Positions 12,027 to 20,000 of a DNA stretch of 20,000 nt are shown piece by piece. The notes beneath the pieces were generated by a model, which made no database searches, was not told where the DNA came from, and saw nothing but the letters and a program-made list of their open reading frames with translations. Position numbers and translations under genes: made by a program. The stretch is from Chiloscyllium plagiosum (Eukaryota), in contig NC_057718.1 in the NCBI RefSeq assembly GCF_004010195.1, positions 75,909,873 to 75,929,872 on the forward strand, read 5' to 3'. How positions within the stretch are numbered: the stretch's first letter is position 1; each line of letters starts with the position of its first letter.

Positions 12027-12719
12027 AACACAAATTCCCAGCTCGGCAAACAGAACCACAACAACGAGCACCCGAGCTACAAATCTTCTCAAACTTTGAA
12101 TTAACAATGGTTTCACAGTTGTCATTAGACTCTTAATCCCAGATTTTTATTTTCAAAATACTGAATTCAAATTCCAACTCCAACATCTGTCCGGACAGGA
12201 TTCAAACTGAAGTCTCCAGAACATTACCTGGGTCTCAAGATTAATAATCTAGTGATCATCCTACTGGGCAATCATCTTCCCTAAGTAATTATGATAGTTC
12301 ACTAGTCGCATTCTATGAGTGTGATAGTGGTCATTGCAAATGTAAAACTAACAATTTCTGTGATCCATAATCCGATTGAAAGCAGAAGGTGCTGTCAGTG
12401 GGTATATACTACCCAAAGCACTGGACTCAGACGGTTGAAAATTTGATCACTTAAATTGTTAGGAACTTCAAGTTTTTACATTCTAGTTCATTGTTAACCA
12501 CACCCACCTGAAATATTGCTCTTTTGAATTAGCGTTTTTTTAAACAGTGTACAAATCATAATTACTAATAAACTTACTTGGCCCTGAAAAAATAATTTTA
12601 CACTTGTGAAATATCAACTGTTTGCAATATAAGTACATATTTTGGTATTATAAAAATAACATCTTAAAAAATTCATGATATTTCAACCTCTACCTTACTT
12701 CAATTACATAAGATGATAA

Positions 12720-13370
12720 GAAATACAAAGAGACACCACAGGGCCTGTCAAGCCAAATTCACTTCTGCTTTGATTCCCTAAGTAAAAACCTCGCTATTCC
12801 AACCTTCAATATATTTAATGGTAGTGCACCCAGAACCTTCAGGGGAGAGAATCCTAACAATTCACAGACTTCACTGATGAAAGTTCTCCTTATGCCACTC
12901 CTAAATGACCAGCTCTTATCCAGAGATTGCAACAGTGTTAGAGATTCCCAAGACAGATGAAACAAGTTCTCAGAAGTCAAGTGATTGAATAGTCAGAATA
13001 CAAGGAGGCCATTCACCCCATCATGTTGGCACTAGCTATCAGAAGGAGTGATTCAACATACGCTTTTCTTTTTCCTATCACACTGCAAATACTTCTTTTT
13101 CAGATAATCCAATTCCTTTACCAAAAAAAAAATCAATGGTCTATGCCTTCATTACACTTTCAAGCAGTGCTTTGCAGATCATGCAATGTCAATCATATCA
13201 AATCTTGGTTTTTCCACACGCCAGGAAATAGAAACCCAATTAACTCAGCTTCTCTTTATTGGATAAATCTTTCGGCCATGAAGCCAATTTAGTGATCCTC
13301 TGTTATATTACAACCAATGTAATTACATCTTTCTGTAATCTGGAGATCGAAACTGCATACAGTACTCCAG
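12720..13370 (-). mobile_element. Nested decayed CR1 3' fragments; resumes at ~14987-15180
   Basis: Antisense CR1 motifs ggggagagaatcc, ggaggccattcaccccatcatg and aactgcatacagtactccag. Continues after the PLE as aagttcagcaaaacatc...cttgcaataaaaaccaac. Confidence 0.7.
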
Positions 13371-13419
13371 TTAAAAATCACAGCACCAGGTTATAGTCCA
13401 ACAGGTTTAATTCGAAGCA

Positions 13420-13454
13420 CACTAGCTTTCGGAGCGACGCTCCTTCATCAGGTG
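13420..13454 (-). ncRNA. Minimal type I hammerhead ribozyme with intact core (family C)
   Basis: Minus strand cac-CTGATGA-a-ggagc-gtc-gctcc-GAAA-gc-TA-gtg. Helix I cac/gtg, 5-bp stem II, palindromic AGCT at helix III. Confidence 0.85.
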
Positions 13455-13559
13455 GTAGCGGAGGGCTCAATCCTAACACAGAATTTATAGCAAAAACTTA
13501 GTGATGTAACTGAAATTATACATTGAAAAATTGATTGCCTGTTAAGCCTTTCATCTGTT

Positions 13560-13901
13560 NNNNNNNNNNNNNNNNNNNNNNNNNNNNNNNNNNNNNNNNN
13601 NNNNNNNNNNNNNNNNNNNNNNNNNNNNNNNNNNNNNNNNNNNNNNNNNNNNNNNNNNNNNNNNNNNNNNNNNNNNNNNNNNNNNNNNNNNNNNNNNNNN
13701 NNNNNNNNNNNNNNNNNNNNNNNNNNNNNNNNNNNNNNNNNNNNNNNNNNNNNNNNNNNNNNNNNNNNNNNNNNNNNNNNNNNNNNNNNNNNNNNNNNNN
13801 NNNNNNNNNNNNNNNNNNNNNNNNNNNNNNNNNNNNNNNNNNNNNNNNNNNNNNNNNNNNNNNNNNNNNNNNNNNNNNNNNNNNNNNNNNNNNNNNNNNN
13901 N
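13560..13901. other. Assembly gap (342 N)
   Basis: Run of N. Confidence 1.
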
Positions 13902-13950
13902 CGAGGAGCAGAAAAATCGAAGTCCCGGGCAAAAGCCCTTCATCAGGAAT
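13902..13950 (-). mobile_element. Family A PLE terminus fragment nested in the family C left arm
   Basis: cgaggagcagaaaaatcgaagtcccgggcaaaagcccttcatcaggaat is near-identical to 8426-8474. It emerges from the gap. Confidence 0.75.
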
Positions 13951-14110
13951 ACCACCACTAATCCAGAATATGTTGAAGGTGTTGGCCCCCTGTGTTCTCT
14001 GTCTATGCCGTGATGCTTAGATTGATTGTAATCTAAAAAGTGAGATAACGGAGTTTTACATAAATTCATACAGGTTTTGAGCTCAGAGTTCTACATGAAT
14101 GCATGTAGAT

Positions 14111-14499
14111 GCTTCTGAGCTGAAAGATTTATCCTATAAAGAGAAGCAGAGTAAATTCGGTTTCTATTACCCGGTGTTTGGAAAAACCAAGATTTGATAT
14201 GATTGACATTGCATGATCTGCAAAGCACTGCTTGAAAGTGCAATGAAGGCATGGTCCATTGATTTTTTTTGGTAAAGGAATTGGATTATCTGAAAAAAAG
14301 TATTTGCAGAGTGATAGGAAAAAGAAAAGCATGTGTTGAATCACTCCTTCTGATAACTAGTGCCAACATGATGGGGTGAATGGCCTCCTTGTATTCTCTG
14401 ACTATTCAATCACTTGACTTCTGGGGACTTGACAGAATAGACTCTGAGAACTTATTTCATCTGTCTTGGGAATCTCTAACTGTTGCAATCTCTGGATAA
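14111..14499. repeat. Inverted duplicate of flanking sequence 12916-13284
   Basis: Collinear reverse-complement match over ~370 bp, with scattered substitutions and a ~22-bp indel. Confidence 0.93.
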
Positions 14500-14833
14500 C
14501 TGAGCTCAAAAACTGTATGAATTTATGTAAAATTCCATTATCTCACTTTTTAGATTAGAATCAATCTAAACATCATGGCATAGACAGAGAACACAAGGAG
14601 CCAACACCTTCGACATATTGTCTAGCTATCACCATTGTTAACAGCTAACCCGAGAATGCAACTTTTTAATTAAAAAAGGTTTTGTGATTTACACATGAAA
14701 GAAGTGAAACTATCACTGTATTCTAACAGATGAAAGGCTTAACAGACATTCAATTTTTCAATGTATAATTTCAATTACATCACACTGTAAATTTTTGCTA
14801 TAAATTCTGTGTTAGGATTGAGCCCTCCACTAC

Positions 14834-14868
14834 CACCGGATGAAGTAGCGTCGCTCCGAAAGCTAGTG
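14834..14868 (+). ncRNA. Degenerate hammerhead (family C, sense arm)
   Basis: cac-CGGATGA-a-gtagc-gtc-gctcc-GAAA-gcta-gtg. One core substitution and one stem II substitution relative to 13420-13454. Confidence 0.7.
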
Positions 14869-16328
14869 CTTCCAATTAAACCTGTTGGACTATAACCTGG
14901 TGTTGTATGATTTTTAACTTTGTACACCCCAGTCCAACACTGGCATCTCCAAATCATACACAAACTTTAACACCTGGAGTACTGTAAGTTCAGCAAAACA
15001 TCTTTATTTCTACACTCAAATTCACTTGCAATAAAAACCAACTTGCTATTTGCCATCCTAAATGTTTGTTGTACCCACATATAAACTTTACATCCTTTGT
15101 GCAACTTTACCAAAAAACATCTCAGCATCAACACGGACACGTTTTTTCTTACAACAAAAATGAATAACCTCACACTTCCAAACATTATTAAACTCCACCT
15201 TCTTCCCTGCCAATCTCTTTGTGACTTCCTCACAATTTGTATCTGCACTTCTTTAAAAATTAAGTTAATTAATGAATTTAATTTCATGATTTGCCATGTG
15301 AAATTTCTTCAATATAAATTTACTCATTTTCATTTTTGGGACTTCAGAGATCCTCTGCAGTTGGATCCAGAATGAAATTAACCTGGGGAAAGGCGAAATC
15401 CACTTTGTAGACATCACTTTTGTCACAGTCACAGTCAATGATAAAAGCCATCATTTGCCTTTGACTACTCTGTCCAGGTATCAAACCTATGCTAACATAA
15501 AAATACCAAAGTAGTTCCTGAAACACAGTTCAGTGTAAAAATCTGGATTGCAGTTACAACATTTAAAATATAGATTCTCACTAAAGACATTAAAGTTCAC
15601 CATCACTCACTTGAGAATATCTCCCAGCAGCCAGACACTTTACAAGATTCTATCACTCCCACTTTAGCAATCTATTAAAATTGGCAATATCTGTTGCAAT
15701 CTTAAATGATCATTTTTATTTGACCATGACAAGGACTCATGACATGCAATCAGATCCAGATGGAGCCTGGGACCAGCCTGTGCATTGGGCATGAACAATT
15801 CCCATATAGAACACTAACTTCTTCTCCCCCCCTCATTCAGTTTATAACAGAAAATAAGCTCAACTTCGTATTTCATGGAAGTTCCTTACAGCTGGAGCAA
15901 CCAGGATTAATACACAATACTTAAATATACTTAGGGAGAATTGACTTCTCCTGGTTGGTTACCTGTTACTGAATACATTCAACAAGCATTATGTTGAGTT
16001 TCCTGTACGCAATTTCCTCCCACTCCTGTCCTAAATTGCTGAGGAGCATCAACCTCCATAGGGTATGGTTAGAAGATTAATATTTTTCATGGAAGCAATT
16101 GTAGCCAAACCCTCTATTTTCTTCATCCAACATCCACATTTGCTCTCTGCATCAAATGTTACTAGACCGATCTATCAGAAGCAGGAGCCCTAGTTAGTGC
16201 CGCCTTTAGGTAAATCCAGAGACAAACTCTTGCACCCTCAGCAGAGATCAGTTCCTCTGAACAGGTTAAGAAACAAATCACAGATTTCCTACTTTGCAAA
16301 TGACTTTAGTCTGACTGTAGTAACTCAC

Positions 16329-16456
16329 CGTGAGTCGGAAGTGATTCTTATGCTTCTGGTGTATTGCAGCAGTAAAATGCTGGTCACTTGCTTGAGGCAA
16401 GCGATTTTCTTCATCCAAAATATCCAGGATTCCCACTAACTTAGCTTCAATTAGAT
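16329..16456 (-). CDS. MYO6: Myosin VI internal exon (exon 16 equivalent), 128 bp
   Basis: aaacag|ATCTAATT...CTCACG|gtgagt. Translates (D)[42 protein letters not shown]. Phase 1 to 0. Confidence 0.97.
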
Positions 16457-16769
16457 CTGTTTAAAAGGAAAATGAAAAATGTGTTTGCGTGCACATTAAA
16501 CACTAGCTTACATTTATATTTGTGGCAATGGAAGCAGTGATAATTCATTTTGAATTTTTGACATTGCAGGTTTGAGCCTTGTATGCTCAGCAAAAAACAG
16601 GTTACGATCCATTGGTTACAAACAGAAGTAGAGGAACTACTTATCAGCCCAAATACTCAACAACAAACCCTTCCTATTCATATACTAACGAATGACAAAC
16701 AGTAATGATATTTACGTGCCTTTTATTGTTTCTTGATAATAGATTCCAGTGACTCCCAATGACAACGTC

Positions 16770-16930
16770 AATATAACTGGCTTGTAGTTCCCTGTATTCT
16801 CTCTCGTTCCTTCCTTTAACAGCAATGCTACACTTGCTGCATTTTGCTCCACTGTGATCATTCTAGATCCAAGGAAATCCTGGTAGGTCACATTAACCTA
16901 ACTTGTCTGCAATCACCCATCTTAGAACTT
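16770..16930 (-). mobile_element. Very old CR1-like fragment
   Basis: aactggcttgtagttccctgtattctctc...tttaacag...tacacttgct resembles the antisense of the LINE P(L/I)FKKG..GNYRPV region. Confidence 0.45.
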
Positions 16931-17061
16931 GAATGTTGACTAGCAGCACCTTTATAATTAGTAATGAATCGGAATGTAAAGCATCAACATTTCACATCCA
17001 AACATGACCAGGAAAAGTTGCAGCCAAACGAGGCTCTTCAGCAAGTTCCTTTGTTACGTAC

Positions 17062-17134
17062 CTATGCAGTCTTGATTATCAACATAGTGCACTTCATTCA
17101 CACCAAGGCCTTCTTTCTGGTATAGCTCTTGTTC
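17062..17134 (-). CDS. MYO6: Myosin VI internal exon (exon 15 equivalent), 73 bp
   Basis: tttag|GAACAAGAG...TGCATAG|gtacgt. Translates EQELYQKEGLGVNEVHYVDNQDCI(D). Phase 0 to 1, continuing the previous exon. Confidence 0.97.
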
Positions 17135-17296
17135 CTAAAGGCAAAAGAGACATCAGGTCAGTGTTACTATATCTACCATCTGAAGTGATTGTTGAAATTT
17201 TCAGAACAAATTTTGATCAATTTGTATAAACGTTGTTCTTTATGTTGCTATTACTAAAGGTTATTCAGACAAAAAACAACATTCTTGATATTACAT

Positions 17297-17580
17297 TAGA
17301 TTCTAAACAGCGTGGAAACAGGCCCTTCGGCTCAACAAGTCCACACTGATCCTCCGAAGAGTAACCCACCCAGACCCATTTTCTTCTGACTAATGCACCT
17401 AACATTATGGGCAATTTAGCATGGCCAATCCACCTGACCAGCACATCACTGGACTGTGGGAGGAAACCGGAGCACCCGGAGGAAACCCACGCAGACACGG
17501 GGAGAACGTGCAAACTCCACACAGTCGCCTGAGGCTGCAATTGCTGTGGGGCTGCAGTGCTAACCACTGAGCCACCTTGC
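17297..17580 (-). mobile_element. HE1-type V-SINE, near full length, with CR1-derived tail
   Basis: tRNA-like head, V-core ggaggaaaccggagcacccggaggaaacccacgcagacacggggagaacgtgcaaactccacacag, then gggcaatttagcatggccaatccacct and tail ggaaacaggcccttcggctcaac. Confidence 0.9.
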
Positions 17581-17699
17581 AACCATATGAATGACTGTTT
17601 CTCCAAATGGTGTAATAATTTCACTATTGCATTCACTACTATTCAACAATACAACTATTGTGTGCTAGAAAAAAAATATCCAAAATTAACGTAGGAAGA

Positions 17700-17790
17700 A
17701 TTTTATTTATTCTTTCATGGGATGTGGGCATCACCAAGTCCAGCACTTATTGCCCATCTTTAACTGCCCTTTAAATGGCATAGAGAGCCA
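17700..17790 (-). mobile_element. SINE/LINE 3' tail fragment
   Basis: ttcatgggatgtgggcatc...cagcacttattgcccatc, the same tail as at 8945 and 11250. Confidence 0.6.
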
Positions 17791-17809
17791 TTCAGTTCAA
17801 ATTGCACTT

Positions 17810-18205
17810 AATTGGGCCTGGAGTTGAGAAGAATGAGAGGTGACCTTATTGAAATATACAAGCTTCTTAGGGAACTTGACAGGGTAGATTCAGAAAGGTC
17901 ATTTCTCCTTGTGACACAATCTAGGGTTACAAATCACCTCAGAATTAGGAATTGCATTTTTAAGATAGAGATGAGGAGGAATCCTCAGAGAATTCTCTCA
18001 GATTAGTGAATCTGTGGAATTCTTTACAGCAAAGGCTATTGAGGTTGGGTCAATTAATTATATTCAAGACGGAGATAGACAGATTTGTAAACTACAAAGG
18101 AATTAAGGTTATGGGAAAAGGCAGAAAAGTGAAGTTGAAGGCCATCAGATCAGCTACATTCTCTGACTGGCAGACTAGACTCAGCAGGCTAAATGACCTC
18201 CTCAC
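17810..18205 (+). mobile_element. CR1 LINE 3' end
   Basis: ORFs 17812..18006 (LELRRMRGDLIEIYKLLRELDRVDSERSF) and 18006..18242 (NLWNSL...FKTEIDRF) match the CR1 ORF2 C-terminus, with a frameshift. Confidence 0.88.
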
Positions 18206-18309
18206 AGTCTTACAGAATGAAGTAAAATACGCAAAAGTATAAAGCGTACATGTCTGGAGGATATGTTGCAACAAGTGTATACATGGTACAACTGACAAAG
18301 TGTAAATGA

Positions 18310-18660
18310 GCACAGAGATCAAAGTGTTCATATCCAAGAAGCCTTAAAGGTGGCAGAGTAGATTACTAAGGTGATATATGCAATAAAGGACAGACAAAAC
18401 TTTAATTGAACGAGAAATGAGTTAATGAAGGAAAGCTAACATTATAAAATTAGAATGGTATACATGGGTTATGGATTTATAAATAACAGAATAGAATATA
18501 AAAAGCAAATAAATCATGTTAGAACTTGGGAAATCACTGGTTAGATCTTAATTTGTTTACCATGGACAATTCTGGACACAACTTTTCTGAAAAGATACAA
18601 CAGAACTTAAAGATTGTAGAGGAGATTTATCAGCATGTTTCAAGGGAACTGCAGTAACCT
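18310..18660 (+). mobile_element. Old CR1 LINE internal fragment
   Basis: ccttaaaggtggca...aatagaatataaaagca...aaatcactggttagatc...caattctggacac resembles the CR1 RT C-terminal region. Confidence 0.55.
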
Positions 18661-18743
18661 GAGGCAGAACTTGCATAGAATGAAATACAGCAATCCACAA
18701 TGTCCTCTGGGTAACATACGATCTTTCTGTTACATCAATTTTA

Positions 18744-18890
<147 letters not shown>

Positions 18891-19502
18891 CTAGAAAAGG
18901 TCAGCAAACACCACACAGCTTGCAGAGCGATTTATAATTGCTAATGCTTTTCTCAACAATCTTAAATGTTGAATTATCTGTAATTCTATAAACTAAGATT
19001 GTGGGGGGTGGGCTTGCAAAGAGCTTTCATGTCGGAAGATAGGTTTCAGAGATATACTGTCCCATTTACACAGAAGCTTGCATTGACACGAATGAATCAA
19101 CACAAATTGACACTCGGCTATTCCAGCCTAATATGTTGACTTTGTCAAGGACATGAAACTTGACAAACTAAGTAGAAACTTTACTCAACCAACTACTTAA
19201 GCAGTCCATCACGTTCTTCTATAAGTGAGGAATTTGACTTCTTTGAAATTATGTAAACAAAAGCAAAGCAGCTTGCTGAAAATTGTGAATAAAGATTCAA
19301 CCTCAATAAAGGTGTTTCATCAGTTTCCCAAAACTATTGCGCACCATAACTGCAGTTCTTGTTCTTCAGAGTCTGGTTCACTTTCTCCTCCATGCTCTAC
19401 ATCCCCTAGCACTTAGTGAGTTGGCTTTCCTTCCACAACAACCTCTACACTTTCCCCACCAGCGTTCCCTTAATGGGTAGGATAGAGCGTGAGAGAAAGA
19501 GA

Positions 19503-20000
19503 GCGAGGGCGAGGGCGAGGGCGAGGGCGAGGGCGAGGGCGAGGGCGAGGGCGAGGGCGAGGGCGAGGGCGAGGGCGAGGGCGAGGGCGAGGGCGAGGGC
19601 GAGGGCGAGGGCGAGGGCGAGGGCGAGGGCGAGGGCGAGGGCGAGGGCGAGGGCGAGGGCGAGGGCGAGGGCGAGGGCGAGGGCGAGGGCGAGGGCGAGG
19701 GCGAGGGCGAGGGCGAGGGCGAGGGCGAGGGCGAGGGCGAGGGCGAGGGCGAGGGCGAGGGCGAGGGCGAGGGCGAGGGCGAGGGCGAGGGCGAGGGCGA
19801 GGGCGAGGGCGAGGGCGAGGGCGAGGGCGAGGGCGAGGGCGAGGGCGAGGGCGAGGGCGAGGGCGAGGGCGAGGGCGAGGGCGAGGGCGAGGGCGAGGGC
19901 GAGGGCGAGGGCGAGGGCGAGGGCGAGGGCGAGGGCGAGGGCGAGGGCGAGGGCGAGGGCGAGGGCGAGGGCGAGGGCGAGGGCGAGGGCGAGGGCGAGG
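19503..20000 (+). repeat. (GCGAGG)n hexamer array, at least 83 units, truncated by the window end
   Basis: 498 bp with no interruption seen, preceded by a degenerate GA-rich lead-in. Confidence 0.97.

Larger units (their letters stand above)
11506..12098 (+). mobile_element. Palindromic Penelope-like element (family B) with the C-terminal ORF remnant
   Basis: Arms 11503-11748 and 11812-12062 (~250 bp, highly similar), 63-bp spacer. Minus strand encodes HEHDWDNATIIGQAKQRTAREFLEAWHSSTDSINKHIDLDPIYRPLQ, resembling the PLE GIY-YIG C-terminal region. TSD aattaacaat(a/g)gtt at 11492-11505 and 12099-12112. Confidence 0.9.
11250..12285 (-). mobile_element. tRNA-derived SINE split by the PLE insertion at 11506-12098
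   Basis: The two halves (caggatgtgggcatc...agatgggtt...tgacaattaacaat and aattaacaatggtttc...ggattcaaactgaagtctccagaacattacctgggtctc) are collinear with the uninterrupted copy at 8945-9270. Confidence 0.8.
13371..14957 (+). mobile_element. Large palindromic Penelope-like element terminus (family C), composite
   Basis: The left arm (13369-13559 and ~13967-14086, separated by the gap) is the inverse of the right arm 14500-14919. Tail to 14957. Hammerhead motif in each arm. Confidence 0.85.

Noticed and set aside
11506..12136. Cluster of overlapping ORFs on both strands, possibly a small gene pair
   Set aside because: Mirror-image products of the PLE palindrome. Only the short PLE C-terminal remnant is meaningful.
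13920..13930. GAAAC reading as GGGAC in the hammerhead core, suggesting ADAR-edited retrotransposed RNA
   Set aside because: Only two substitutions, ~20 bp from a gap edge where base quality is doubtful.
13516..14069. Long ORFs of 138-172 aa
   Set aside because: Artefacts of translating through the N gap.
17530..17580. tRNA gene-like A/B boxes here and in other SINE heads
   Set aside because: These are SINE heads with no complete cloverleaf.
17265..17636. 123-aa ORF and the similar ORF 5999..6202
   Set aside because: Chance translations of HE1/V-SINE copies.
19503..20000. Telomere, CRISPR array or CpG-island promoter
   Set aside because: Not TTAGGG, no spacers, and it is a simple repeat in an internal intron.

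Overview
Vertebrate genomic DNA, most likely from a cartilaginous fish (shark-type HE1/V-SINE, Deu-SINE and CR1 repeats). The minus strand carries five internal coding exons of myosin VI (MYO6; motor domain, equivalent to human exons 14-18). All have AG/GT boundaries and consistent phases. The introns are mostly transposon debris: many CR1 LINE fragments, tRNA-derived SINEs, and a decayed Ty3/Gypsy pol (RT-RNaseH-integrase) split by a CR1. The most notable content is four palindromic insertions, plus one fragment at a gap edge, of Penelope-like element (PLE) 3' termini from four sequence families. Each carries a minimal hammerhead-ribozyme motif (CTGANGA-stem-GAAA). One copy (13420-13454) has an intact core and is in MYO6 sense orientation. 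One PLE insertion encloses an inverted ~370-bp copy of its own flanking DNA and has an inverted target-site segment. There is also a 64-bp templated inverted insertion, a 342-N gap, and a perfect (GCGAGG)n array running off the right end. Repeat boundaries are approximate and family names come from recognition by eye, not from a database search.
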